Sequence record: OR538032.1
Length of the DNA stretch: 64,000 nt
Strand: one strand, 5' to 3'
A model generated the notes under the pieces. That model was not told the origin of the DNA, searched no databases, and saw only the letters and a list, made by a program, of their open reading frames with translations. Of this stretch, positions 1-10,300 are shown piece by piece. The position numbers were made by a program, and so were the translations under genes. The stretch's first letter is position 1. Each line of letters begins with the position of its first letter.

Positions 1-5
1 AAATT

Positions 6-887
6 ATGCAGGTAAGATGGACAGAAATGTTTTACAGCATTCAAGGCGAAGGGAAATACACTGGTCAAGCTAGTTTATTCTTTCGCTTCTGGGGTTGTAA
101 CTTAGAATGTCACGGCTTCGGGCAAGAAGATCCGACGAATAAAGATACATGGGTATTAGACTTCAAAGACTACGACCCGAAAGCTAACAACGTGACTTCA
201 GTCGAAGAACTGCCTGTATGGACTCGTGGATGTGACTCTTCTTACACGTGGGCTAAAAAGTATGCTCATCTTGCTTCAAAGTCTGAAGTTGCAGACGTAT
301 GCGAAGCAATGCTTGAGAAACTGCCTAATCGAGTTTGGGGAGATATTCATTGGGTAATTACAGGTGGTGAGCCGATGATGAATCAAGCTCAAATCATCGA
401 AATGATGAATTACTTCATCAAAATTGACAATTATCCAAAACATGTCACGATTGAAACTAATGGTACGCGAGAACTCAAGCCAGAATTTGCAGAGCGTTGG
501 GCGCTAATTCAGTGGAATACGCATCGTAATGTTCACTTGAGTTTCAGCGTGTCGGCTAAGTTGTACAACGTAACGGGCGAAGTGCATGAAAAAGCAATCA
601 AGCCAAAAGTTGTCAACAAGTATGCACGCATCGGAGAAGTCTGGCTCAAGCCAGTCGTCGTAGACAAGGAAGCGTGTTGGGACGAGCTTGATGCTGTGAT
701 CGCACAGTTCAAAGCAGAACGCAACTTACACAACGTTCCAGTGTATATCATGCCATGTGGTGCTACTCAAGAAGAGCAAGAGCAAGATGGTTATATGGCG
801 TCAATCGCAGGGAAAGCATTGGCGCGTGGTTACAACGTTTCTGTACGAACACACGTATGGATTTGGGGTAACGCGGTGGGCACGTAA
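6..887 (+). CDS. queE: 7-carboxy-7-deazaguanine synthase QueE (radical SAM)
   Basis: EMFYSIQGEG N-terminus, RFWGCNLEC...RGCDS Fe-S motif with insertion, ITGGEP, IETNGT, C-terminal RTHVWIWGN. Confidence 0.9.
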   Translation: MQVRWTEMFYSIQGEGKYTGQASLFFRFWGCNLECHGFGQEDPTNKDTWVLDFKDYDPKANNVTSVEELPVWTRGCDSSYTWAKKYAHLASKSEVADVCEAMLEKLPNRVWGDIHWVITGGEPMMNQAQIIEMMNYFIKIDNYPKHVTIETNGTRELKPEFAERWALIQWNTHRNVHLSFSVSAKLYNVTGEVHEKAIKPKVVNKYARIGEVWLKPVVVDKEACWDELDAVIAQFKAERNLHNVPVYIMPCGATQEEQEQDGYMASIAGKALARGYNVSVRTHVWIWGNAVGT

Positions 888-922
888 GTGCCCTTTTATT
901 CCCTTTGAAGTGAGAAATTATT

Positions 923-1177
923 ATGATTCTATTTGGTCACGTGGTTGGTACAATCGGTATGATTCTAATCTGTCTAGCATTCTGGATGGTGACGAGTGAA
1001 AAATATAAGCCTACCGATGATAAGTACTTGTGGACTAATATGTCGGGTGCTATACTGCTTACGATTAGCTTGCTAATCAACTTCAATCTCGGTAGCTTCA
1101 TGATTGAGCTATTCTGGATTTACATTAGCGGCACCGCGCTATACAAGAACTACAAATTGCGAAAAAACGCTAAATAG
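923..1177 (+). CDS. small membrane protein (about 3 TM segments)
   Basis: 84-aa hydrophobic ORF in ORF track. Confidence 0.6.
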   Translation: MILFGHVVGTIGMILICLAFWMVTSEKYKPTDDKYLWTNMSGAILLTISLLINFNLGSFMIELFWIYISGTALYKNYKLRKNAK

Positions 1178-1180
1178 TAG

Positions 1181-1208
1181 TTGATAAGCTTGTCGATTCG
1201 TGTATAAT
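1181..1208 (+). promoter_or_regulatory. sigma70-type early promoter
   Basis: TTGATA-N16-TATAAT with extended -10 TG. Confidence 0.65.
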
Positions 1209-1242
1209 CAACTGCGAATCGACAAACAAACTGGAGAATCTA

Positions 1243-1401
1243 ATGTCTAAAAATAAAAAGCCAAGCAATAAGCCACAAAACTTCGTTGCAAAGCACATGA
1301 ATACTTTCAATCATGCTTCAGTTGAAGAAGATAGAAAGAAGAAATCAAAGCGTTTAACTAAGCGCAAAATGAAACACAAAGGGAAAGCCTATGATGAATG
1401 A
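1243..1401 (+). CDS. small basic hypothetical protein (52 aa, MSKNKKPSNKPQNFVAKH...)
   Basis: GGAG RBS then ATG at 1243, TGA at 1399-1401; below ORF-track cutoff, translated by hand. Confidence 0.7.
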   Translation: MSKNKKPSNKPQNFVAKHMNTFNHASVEEDRKKKSKRLTKRKMKHKGKAYDE

Positions 1402-1690
1402 TGTTTTAGCTGGTATACCCATGCCGCCTCAGAAACCCAAGTTCATCCCAGAATCTGACGACCATCAATTCTTTCACGATTGTGCTGGGTTTGATTGGTT
1501 CTATCAATTCAGTGATGATCACAGCGTATATCTTCGCGGTGAACGTGAATTGTCTAAGCTAAAGTCGCGAATGACAAACGAACGCAGAAATAAAATCTAT
1601 GAAGCGTGGTGTCAGTATATGTTCAGCGGTCCCAATTTCGGGCTAGAGCAACACCCTGAACCAAAGTGGGAAGATTTTAAAGATGCATAA
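1391..1690 (+). CDS. hypothetical protein
   Basis: 99-aa ORF overlapping neighbours in operon fashion. Confidence 0.7.
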   Translation: MMNDVLAGIPMPPQKPKFIPESDDHQFFHDCAGFDWFYQFSDDHSVYLRGERELSKLKSRMTNERRNKIYEAWCQYMFSGPNFGLEQHPEPKWEDFKDA

Positions 1691-1952
1691 AGATGTACTC
1701 GGCAATGTAATCGAAATGAAAGATATTGTGTTTCGTCTTTCGAAAGAGAGATTATGCGTCGAACCGTGCATCGTAACCGGGTTTACACAGTACAAAGTGC
1801 TGTTAAATGATGGTCTTCAATGCGACCCAAATCGTGTCGTCGTTGTGACCGAACAAATTCAAAATAACGGTATCGACTTGTGGTCAAACACACTCGAATT
1901 CAAATATCGTGAGTATATCATCAAAGGCTATAAACGCCTGCAAAATAAGTGA
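1683..1952 (+). CDS. hypothetical protein
   Basis: 89-aa ORF, coupled to upstream stop. Confidence 0.7.
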   Translation: MHKDVLGNVIEMKDIVFRLSKERLCVEPCIVTGFTQYKVLLNDGLQCDPNRVVVVTEQIQNNGIDLWSNTLEFKYREYIIKGYKRLQNK

Positions 1953-1959
1953 GAAAAAC

Positions 1960-2232
1960 ATGACATTCTTTCAAAAACTAGTAGCAATCTTCACCAACAC
2001 TCCTCGTCCAACAGAAGACATTCTGGAAGACATGAATCAGAAAGCGAACGAACTTCGCGCACGTGCTCAATTTGACCAAGAACAAATTGAAGCAAACGAA
2101 GCTGAAGAGCGTCGCGCACGTGAAGAAGTAGAGCGTCGTGCGCAAGAACTAGCAGCGCGAAATGCCGTTCATGCGCAGTCTAAAGAGCGTGCAGAACGTG
2201 TTGCGAAGCGAGTTGAAGAATTCACTGCGTAA
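1960..2232 (+). CDS. coiled-coil hypothetical protein
   Basis: GAGA RBS before ATG 1960; Glu/Arg/Ala-rich helical sequence. Confidence 0.7.
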   Translation: MTFFQKLVAIFTNTPRPTEDILEDMNQKANELRARAQFDQEQIEANEAEERRAREEVERRAQELAARNAVHAQSKERAERVAKRVEEFTA

Positions 2233-2259
2233 TGTTCTAGAAACGTAACATAATCCCTA

Positions 2260-2310
2260 AAAAGCCCCGTTAATGTACTCATTCAGTAACATTATCACGG
2301 GGCTTTTTTG
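2260..2310 (+). terminator. rho-independent terminator with extended stem
   Basis: AAAAGCCCCGT-TAATGT...ACATTA-TC-ACGGGGC-TTTTTT. Confidence 0.8.
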
Positions 2311-2317
2311 TGTCTGT

Positions 2318-2325
2318 CATAAATA
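2318..2325 (+). promoter_or_regulatory. T4-type late promoter variant
   Basis: CATAAATA about 20 nt upstream of ATG 2347. Confidence 0.6.
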
Positions 2326-2346
2326 CAAATAAAATGTGAGGATGCA

Positions 2347-3465
2347 ATGAAAAATCTAAAATCTTTTATGGAAGAACTTCAATCATTGAACGAAGTCTTC
2401 ATTCGTGGCGGTCGACCACGAAACGGGTCTAAGGTTCTTGCGAACGGCAAGAACATTTGGGTATGGAATAGCGATAGAGAGTTCGAACGCCTAGCGCCAT
2501 TTATCAATCGCGAACTCGGAACCGACTTTGAAGAAGAGTACGATCTAGACTCTTGGTACGAAGAGGGCGCACAAGCGGTATACGCGACGATTGAAAACGG
2601 CAAGCTAGATATGCAAGGGCAATCATCTTATCGCCCGTCTGTAGCGTCTGACACGCTTCGCAAGACTATTAAAGCCCTTAACCTGAACGGCGTGACTCGT
2701 CGAACGCAATCATTTAACCCTGATTACGATGAAGTTGAGCACGATTTCGAGACCGACCGTCGAGAATTCAACAAGAAACTGTCTCAGAAGACGTTCTATC
2801 ACGGTACATCGACAACGTTCATCGAATCAATGTTGAAATTTGGTCTGAAACCGAATCCGAATGAAACTCAATTCGATAATATTGAACATGCTGATAAAGT
2901 CTTTATTACAACAGAACTTGACAAAGCAATGTTCCACGCGACACACTCAGCGAACCGAAACAACTCGTTCCCTGTGATTATCGAGCTACGCATTCCAGAC
3001 GAAAGCAAGCTTGTATCTGACTATGACGTTGTAATTGATGTTCTGGGCGCTAATTCAGAAGAAGCATCCGAGCTTGGGTATGCTGACATCTTCTATCAAA
3101 TGCCACATTCGCGTGGTGACGGTACGAAGTATCACCGAGACGACATCGAAAGTCGATTTGGTAAACGTCTAGGCGGATTGAGTACTCGCATCGGTATCTT
3201 CGGGTACAAAGGTCGAATCCCTGCAAGTCATTTCAATTTCATCTACGCTGACGGTGACGTGATCGAAGAGTCAATGCCAGAAATGTATTGGGAAATGGAC
3301 GGCGAATTCGACATGGCAGAAATGCGTACTGAATCAGTCAACCATCGTTCGTTCGACTACTGGGATCAATTCAAACCCACTAAATTCATTGCTCACTTCG
3401 AAGAACTTTGGGATGATCTCAAAGATGAATACGAAGACGAGGAAGAAGACGAAGATTGGGACTAA
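2347..3465 (+). CDS. ADP-ribosyltransferase-fold (Tpt1/PARP-like) protein with capsid-targeting-like N-terminus
   Basis: FYHGTS...KFGLKP, VFITT...A, PVIIELRIP motifs; N-terminus MKNLKSFMEELQSLNE; acidic tail. Confidence 0.6.
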   Translation: MKNLKSFMEELQSLNEVFIRGGRPRNGSKVLANGKNIWVWNSDREFERLAPFINRELGTDFEEEYDLDSWYEEGAQAVYATIENGKLDMQGQSSYRPSVASDTLRKTIKALNLNGVTRRTQSFNPDYDEVEHDFETDRREFNKKLSQKTFYHGTSTTFIESMLKFGLKPNPNETQFDNIEHADKVFITTELDKAMFHATHSANRNNSFPVIIELRIPDESKLVSDYDVVIDVLGANSEEASELGYADIFYQMPHSRGDGTKYHRDDIESRFGKRLGGLSTRIGIFGYKGRIPASHFNFIYADGDVIEESMPEMYWEMDGEFDMAEMRTESVNHRSFDYWDQFKPTKFIAHFEELWDDLKDEYEDEEEDEDWD

Positions 3466-3470
3466 ATACT

Positions 3471-3497
3471 AGGGAGCAATAACGCTCCCTTTTTTTA
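3471..3497 (+). terminator. rho-independent terminator
   Basis: AGGGAGC-AATAAC-GCTCCCT-TTTTTT. Confidence 0.8.
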
Positions 3498-3507
3498 GGA
3501 CTGAATC

Positions 3508-3993
3508 ATGTATAAATGTAAACATTTCAAAATCCAAGAGCTTGTAACTCCACAAATGCACGCTGCATGGGGTGAAAGATGTTGGTCACTTTTCGACGAC
3601 CGTCTATTACGCACGCTAGACGCGCTCAGAGAACGTTTCGGTCCCTGCACCATAAACGATTGGAGTTGGGGCGGATCGTTCAAATACAGCGGTTTCAGAG
3701 ACGAAAACTTCTACGGATCGACACAAAAGTACCTTGATAGCCGTTCTCAGCACAAATACGGTCGTGCAGCCGACTGCAAATTCAGAAATCACACCGCAGA
3801 TCAAGTGCGTAAATACATCTTAGAGAACCCAGAAGAATTCCCTTATGTGAAATTCATTGAATGTAGCCCGCTTGCAAACGGAACATCTATGTCATGGGTT
3901 CACATCGACGTACGTAACAGCGAAGATGTTCAATGTTGGTCTCCAAAAGAAGGCTTTATTGATGCTGGCGAAGTAATCCGCAGAAAACTTTAG
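3508..3993 (+). CDS. peptidase M15-family endolysin
   Basis: SQHKYGRAAD and WVHIDVR Zn-binding motifs. Confidence 0.85.
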   Translation: MYKCKHFKIQELVTPQMHAAWGERCWSLFDDRLLRTLDALRERFGPCTINDWSWGGSFKYSGFRDENFYGSTQKYLDSRSQHKYGRAADCKFRNHTADQVRKYILENPEEFPYVKFIECSPLANGTSMSWVHIDVRNSEDVQCWSPKEGFIDAGEVIRRKL

Positions 3994-4057
3994 TTTATCT
4001 GCCGATACATTGCCGTTACTATAAATCTGTCAAACAACACAACAAAAGGTCTACTAC

Positions 4058-4765
4058 ATGGGCAAAAAGAAGAACTCTGAAGAACGCACACTACAACGCA
4101 TTGAGTTACTGACCTTCAACCAAGAGCAATACGCGGCTGCATTGCAGGAAGAAGTCGGTGAAGACGGCTCAGGTGCATTTGTATTTGCGATTGGTTCTGC
4201 GGGTACAGGTAAGACATGGCTTGCAACGACTCTAGGTGCAGACATGTACTCAGCTTTTGACTACACCGAATTCATCATCTTGAAGCCGACGCTTTCATGC
4301 GGTGAAGAACTCGGTTACTTACCCGGTACTCTTGAAGAAAAGATGGAACCTTGGATTCAAACAGTAACGCAGCCATTGAAAGACCGACTAGGCGCAGATA
4401 AATTCAAATGCGACTGGAACAAACGCATTCACGCTGAACCTATTCAATTCGTTCGAGGCAAGACATTCGACAACTGTTTCATCGTCGTCGATGAAGCTCA
4501 GAACTTAACTAAAACTGAAATTCAGACCATCATGACTCGTATCGGCGAGAATACGAAAATGGTTTTCTGCGGCGACTTGAAACAAGACGACCATAAGATG
4601 ATCTATCGTACTGGTCAGAAAGAAATCAGTGGTCTAGCGTGGATGGTAAATGAAATTCGTAATCAGCAACGCTCAGGCATCGAGATTATTGAGTTCACAA
4701 ACAAGGACGTAGTTCGTTCTGGTGCTTGTAAGCTTGCTCTTGACATCATCGACAAGGCTCAATAA
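4058..4765 (+). CDS. phoH: PhoH-like ATPase
   Basis: GSAGTGKT, ELGYLPGTLEEKMEPW, FVRGKTF, VDEAQN, FCGD. Confidence 0.95.
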   Translation: MGKKKNSEERTLQRIELLTFNQEQYAAALQEEVGEDGSGAFVFAIGSAGTGKTWLATTLGADMYSAFDYTEFIILKPTLSCGEELGYLPGTLEEKMEPWIQTVTQPLKDRLGADKFKCDWNKRIHAEPIQFVRGKTFDNCFIVVDEAQNLTKTEIQTIMTRIGENTKMVFCGDLKQDDHKMIYRTGQKEISGLAWMVNEIRNQQRSGIEIIEFTNKDVVRSGACKLALDIIDKAQ

Positions 4766-5073
4766 TGGGAAAAATGATTGTAAATCAGACTGTGAAAATC
4801 ACTGATACAGGCAATTTCAATACACTAGTCAAGCACTGGTATTCAGTCGGCGGAACTAACGATTCGGTTGAGCTTCAATTAGAAGTCGGCGAAATCGTTA
4901 ACATCAAGTCGTTCCAAGACCCAACAGTTCCTGGTGGCGTGTATTCTCACATCACAAAAACTTCGAAACATTACACGAACGTGCTAGGCGTTTTAATTCA
5001 AGACCGTAATTCACCGGATTACGACATGAAGAAAGACCGACATAGAATTCAGGTAACTTCGAAACTCAATTAA
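4765..5073 (+). CDS. hypothetical protein
   Basis: TAATG coupling to phoH; terminator at 5075-5100. Confidence 0.7.
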   Translation: MGKMIVNQTVKITDTGNFNTLVKHWYSVGGTNDSVELQLEVGEIVNIKSFQDPTVPGGVYSHITKTSKHYTNVLGVLIQDRNSPDYDMKKDRHRIQVTSKLN

Positions 5074-5147
5074 CAAAGCGCCTCCGGGCGCTTTTTTTGT
5101 TTAGAACTCCCTAAACTTACATTAAAATATCTAGACGGGAGGTGTCG

Positions 5148-5363
5148 ATGAAAGACAAGCAACAATTGAAAGTTCGATGTTCTATTCATATCGCAGAACA
5201 ACTAATGCAGTTACCCGAATTTCGTGACATGTCGGTTACGAAAATCTTCCAAACACTATCTACAGATTATCTCAACAAGAGTGCGTTTCAGCACGTCGGG
5301 GCGATTAATGGAAAGAGCAGAAATCATCATTCCTACGAAAAGTGTAAGGAATGCGGGGTATGA
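5148..5363 (+). CDS. small hypothetical protein (possible DNA-binding)
   Basis: GGGAGG RBS before ATG 5148. Confidence 0.55.
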   Translation: MKDKQQLKVRCSIHIAEQLMQLPEFRDMSVTKIFQTLSTDYLNKSAFQHVGAINGKSRNHHSYEKCKECGV

Positions 5364-6039
5364 GTTCGAAGTGATCGATACTAGCAAACTCGATCACTAT
5401 CACGTGCGCTGTGTTACAAACACACTGTACGATAATAGAATCAAAGGGTCAAAACTAGATGGGTTCAGAGCAGAAATTACGCTAATGGACGCGGAATCAC
5501 TAGTTTTTTTAAACTCGATGAATCTATATGCTAACTTCACTGAATCTAACAGAGCAAACAACGGCATGAAGCGTATCAAATCGGCAAGATACGACTATCA
5601 TCATTATTATCAGCAACAAGAAGATTGGTTCAAATCAATATTACGTCAACACAAAATCAAAGTGAAATATCCAAACGGAGAGACTCGCGAGAAATTACCG
5701 ATGTTCTACACGTGCGGATTGCGACTTTCGAACGTTCGACGTTCAGCGGATAAAGCATGTGCAATGCTCGTTCTAGATGAGAATCAAAAGCCGAAGCTGT
5801 ATGCATTTGCAATAGGTAAACTTAGGTATGTTGTAGACGCTTATGACAAGACCGCTAACCTAAACTGTCCAGCGCAGATCGGGAAGAAGACGGTTGACGT
5901 TATTGAGTGTTTAGACTATAATGATGAAGACGATTGGAATGATGAAAATGAACTCGAAGAAGTTCACAAAAAGATTGTTATTCCAGATGTATCCGATTTA
6001 GATAAAGTATTAATGTCGTTAGACGAAGAAGAGTTTTAA
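5308..6039 (+). CDS. hypothetical protein, acidic C-terminus
   Basis: long ORF 5224-6039; ATG 5308 is the likely start. Confidence 0.7.
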   Translation: MERAEIIIPTKSVRNAGYEFEVIDTSKLDHYHVRCVTNTLYDNRIKGSKLDGFRAEITLMDAESLVFLNSMNLYANFTESNRANNGMKRIKSARYDYHHYYQQQEDWFKSILRQHKIKVKYPNGETREKLPMFYTCGLRLSNVRRSADKACAMLVLDENQKPKLYAFAIGKLRYVVDAYDKTANLNCPAQIGKKTVDVIECLDYNDEDDWNDENELEEVHKKIVIPDVSDLDKVLMSLDEEEF

Positions 6040-6042
6040 TTT

Positions 6043-6342
6043 ATGAAAGAAGTATCAACAACAACTTACAAAAGCACTCCAGAACTGGCTCTTGATATTG
6101 CAGCATATGCATCACTGTTAGTCAAGATGGGATATGATGAGTGTGTCACAAATCAGAAACTCTTTGTTGAAATGTGCAATGAAGCAGGATTTAGAACCAC
6201 AACGGGCAAAGAATTCACGCAGATGTCTTTTCGACAAATGTTTGCTCGTCTTCCGCAAGGGACTAAGCGCGAAGTTCGTGAATCGTTCTCGTGGGGTAAT
6301 GTCCCGCAAGGTGAATCAATTTTAGAAAGCATTTATGTTTAA
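6043..6342 (+). CDS. hypothetical protein; weak resemblance to serine-recombinase DNA-binding motif
   Basis: CNEAGFRTTTGKEFTQMSFRQMF resembles LN..G..T..G..W motif. Confidence 0.55.
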   Translation: MKEVSTTTYKSTPELALDIAAYASLLVKMGYDECVTNQKLFVEMCNEAGFRTTTGKEFTQMSFRQMFARLPQGTKREVRESFSWGNVPQGESILESIYV

Positions 6343-6350
6343 GGTAAATT

Positions 6351-6647
6351 ATGAATTTTGGAAATGCACTTGAATCTTTAAAAGCCGGTCGAAAAATATC
6401 ACGCGAAGGTTGGAATGGTAAGGGTATGTTTATCGTTCTTATGCCAGCACTTTACTTGCCGCCTTTTAGCACGCAAGACACAATGCGAAAAGTCAATGAT
6501 CGAACTGCAAAACACATCGGCGAAGATACGCCATTAGACAGTCAACCGTATATTGCAATGTTCACGGCTGAACAGAAATGGCAACCTGGGTGGGTAGCGT
6601 CTCAAGCTGATATTTTAGCTGAAGATTGGGTCGTTCACGACGAATAA
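6351..6647 (+). CDS. DUF2829 / Tad2-like anti-defence signal sponge
   Basis: MNFGNALESLKAGRKISREGWNGKGMFI...PYIAM...WVASQADILAEDW family signature. Confidence 0.85.
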   Translation: MNFGNALESLKAGRKISREGWNGKGMFIVLMPALYLPPFSTQDTMRKVNDRTAKHIGEDTPLDSQPYIAMFTAEQKWQPGWVASQADILAEDWVVHDE

Positions 6648-6649
6648 AG

Positions 6650-6686
6650 AAAAGGGAGAGTACAACTGTTACTCTCCCTTTTTTTG
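6650..6686. terminator. bidirectional terminator between convergent genes
   Basis: A-tract-GGGAGAG...CTCTCCC-T-tract. Confidence 0.75.
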
Positions 6687-6687
6687 G

Positions 6688-7263
6688 TCACTGTACTTTC
6701 TTAGTTCGCTTGTCAATCTCGTTAACTTTACTTTCAAGATTGTCAATACGAGTATTAAGCATTTCTCCATCTTTCCCCGTAAAGCGGTCAGTTGAATCAA
6801 TGTTAATCAATGTCTCGACTCTGGCTAAATCAGTCTCAATCTTAGAGTAACGTGAATGGGTACCGTCTATCTTAGTAATAATGGCGTTCTGAGTGTTTTT
6901 AATACTCTCCACTGAGTTTACTAGATTTTTGTCGCCCAACTCTGACGCACTCCTCAATGCTCTTACTTCGCTCTCAAGACTACCATAGTTTACAAGCACT
7001 TGATCTTGCTTTTTAACGATAAGAGCTTGCGCTCCTTCTAAGCCAATCAGTTGTTGTGCCTGCGTTGCGTTTGTTAGTTTGATGTCAGTTATTTCTTGCA
7101 TGATTTTAGCGTTTTGAGCAACTGCGGTTTTACCTTGTTCTTGGACAACTTGTAATGCTTCCTGCATACTACCGTAGTTTGTCGCCACGCTCATTGAGGT
7201 GATAGCCAGAGGGATAAGAATAGTACCTATAACAGCTAACAAAAATTGCGCCATTTTACTCAT
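6688..7263 (-). CDS. N-terminal TM plus coiled-coil late protein (holin- or spanin-like position)
   Basis: one hydrophobic segment then heptads; own TATAAATA; follows gene 37-like. Confidence 0.6.
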   Translation of the reverse strand: MSKMAQFLLAVIGTILIPLAITSMSVATNYGSMQEALQVVQEQGKTAVAQNAKIMQEITDIKLTNATQAQQLIGLEGAQALIVKKQDQVLVNYGSLESEVRALRSASELGDKNLVNSVESIKNTQNAIITKIDGTHSRYSKIETDLARVETLINIDSTDRFTGKDGEMLNTRIDNLESKVNEIDKRTKKVQ

Positions 7264-7310
7264 AGTATTGGTTCCTATGTTGGGTTATCTTATTCTCTGA
7301 CTGTCAGGTG

Positions 7311-7318
7311 TATTTATA
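7311..7318 (-). promoter_or_regulatory. T4 late promoter
   Basis: TATAAATA overlapping the upstream fibre stop codon. Confidence 0.75.
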
Positions 7319-10300
7319 AACGAAGCAACTTCTTCCACCATGGGCGTTTAAGCTCGTGTACTTCGTTCTGAAGCGTGTCTACTTTTGCATTAAGCTCTTT
7401 GATAGCTTCAATCAAAAGACCGTTCATATTGCCGTACGCGACTGATAGAATACGTTCTTCGTCGTCACTTTCCACCACTGCTTCTGGCAGTACTTTTTCC
7501 ACTTCTTGCGCAATCACACCCGTCTCACGAATATATTCGTCAGAATCGAATGAACTACGCTTGTCATATGTATACCCGTTTAATTCACCTACTTTATTGA
7601 GTGCATTATCAATAAGCTTGATGTTTTTCTTCAAACGTCGGTCTGAGTACGCTGTCACGTTACCCGGAGCAGTGAAGTTACCAGTTGAATACTGGAATGA
7701 CCATTGCTTAGTCGTTGAGCTATTCAGCGACGAAACGATCTGAGCCGTATGCGCGCCAGAAGAACTCAAAATAGCACCGAATGAGTGCTGATAACGACCA
7801 CCCGAGTGGTTAATATCACCTTTCATAAAAGCATGATATTCACTAGTACCCGAACTTGATTTGTAGTGATAAAATGGAGCTTGTGACGTGTAATGCGAAG
7901 CATATGCATAAGATGCCGCAGATCCGTAAGCCGTCATCCTACCCGTAGACAACAATGCACTTTGAACTGTTACATCAGTAAAGTCATTCCCATAGTTGAC
8001 AATCAAGTTTGACGTTGTACCTACTAATGCTCGCTTATCACGAATCTTGAAATCTTGACCGCCATTTGAGCTAATCAAAGAAGACCCGAGATAGGTTGCT
8101 GTGGTAGCAGTCGTAGCCGATGTCGCCGTCGTAGCGTTGCCACTCAGAGAACCCACGAATGTCGGCGCTGTTACACTATGCGCAAACACCGCAGTTCCGT
8201 TTTCGTTCAACCTGAAATCATCAGATGCACTACCGTTGTATCTAAACGCCATGACGCCGTTTTGATGGTCAAGCTGCCAGTAGTTATCGCTGTACGTACT
8301 GTCCATCAAGTTCAACTGAACGTTTGTGTGTCGAATCGTCAACTGTCCATTGATCGTATCCCCTGCTTTGCTAACCGCACCAATTTCAGCCAATGACCAT
8401 GCAACGTTAGCAGATCCGTTTACTGATTTGCCAGTATTACCGATTGTCAATGTACGAGCATTAGCCCACGTCGTCGCTGTACTTGCATTCCCACTCAGTG
8501 GGCCTACAAAGCTACCACTCATAGTCCCGCCGATAACTGATATATTACCAGACGAATTGCAGTCTAGGCGAATGTCATAATCAGCCGTGCTATTAGTCGT
8601 GTGGAAATCAATATATCTCGCAACTTCAAGCACACCAGCAGATGTAACTTTTGCTAGGTATTTGTTAACAATCCCTGCGAATGTTTGAGTTGTCGAGAAC
8701 TCGGAATTTTGTGCAAATCGAGCATCGGATTCAGATTCAGTGTAGTACCGACCATCGTGAGTATGAGAGTCATTTGCCACAGTAACTGTCATTGTCGCAT
8801 TTGAGCTACCGTCAAACGAAACTGCGCCACTTACATCGCCGTTTAGCGTCAGCGTACGAGCAGTAGTCCATTTGTCAGCATTTGGATGATAACCGTCATG
8901 AAACACATTGTTGCTTCCGTATTTCAAAACCCCATCAACTGAAGACAATACCCCGTCAATACCCCAGAAATTTGAGTGATAGTTGCCGCCCGTATTGACA
9001 AACTCATGGTAAACTTCAACAGTATAGTTCGATGTGTGCCATGTCGAAACAGCAGGATCGCCATCTACATCAATGAAGAAATTGATTCTATTACTACTTG
9101 CCGCAGATTGAGTAGTATTAACAACCGTCCATGCACCGTTGATATTAGTGAATGTCGCGCTAGATGCCGAGTCAGTAGTTCCAGTGCCCGTAATTACAGC
9201 TCGTACACGGATAGAACCTTGCGTAATCGCAGCCCCATTTTGGTCTAACAACTTAGCAGGAGCATTGATGTTTACTGCATAGTCTCGGCGATACTTGTAC
9301 ATCCCTCCGTAGAAATCACCCGTGATCTCTTTAGCTGTCCATGTTACATTACTCGTACCATCTACTGACTTACCAGTGTTACCGATTGTCAACGTCCTTG
9401 CAGTTGTCCATTTATCAGCATTCGGGTGATAAGCATCGTGAAACACACGTTGGTTTACTTTCGCGAAAATCTCACCTTCAACTTCAAGACCAGCAGGTGA
9501 AGCAACACCGCCATTCTGACGCAGAATCAATGCCTGACCATTACCACCAGCCGTGTTAATATCACCGTCAGTGATCTCGTGAATTAGCTCAAGGTTTTGA
9601 CCAGCACCTGTAATCCAGTTGATACCTGAATTGTTGTTTGCGTAATCAGTTTCATTGAAACTCAAACGCCCAGATGCTTTGCTGATTGCCACGTTACCAG
9701 TGAATGTGTCACCTGCCACGTTTGCAAATCGAGCATCAGATTCAGTCTCAGTGTAGTAACGCCCGTCGTGTGTATGTGAATCGTTCGCTACAGTAGCTGT
9801 AACGGTCACAGTTGCATTAGCCGACCCATCTATAGTCATAGACGCAGAACCGCTCACATCGCCCGTTAGAGTCGTTGTTAGAGTGCGTGCAGTTGTCCAC
9901 TTATCAGCATTTGGGTGATAGGCGTCGTGAAACACATTGTTATCTTTGTACTTGATCGCAGTTGTATTAACAACAAACCCACTTGCAGTCGCTGAACCGA
10001 CTTGCAACGTACCATCAGTACGAACTAGAGACGAGCCGAAGTATACGCCAGATGTAAATGCAGCTTGGTCATTGATTCTCAACCATGTATCGAACCCGCG
10101 AATTGCAGTTTTCGCGTTGATGTCAATGTTCTCAATGCCGAAGTTTGCTGCCGTTGCATCAATACGAAATCGAGTTGTCGCTGTATCATTTTCACGTAAA
10201 CTAAAATTGCCACCGTCGTTGATCAAATACCAACGTTTTGTACCGTCATTATCTTGAAGCAACAAACGAGGCGAAGCACCACGAATTTCAATTTCATTCG

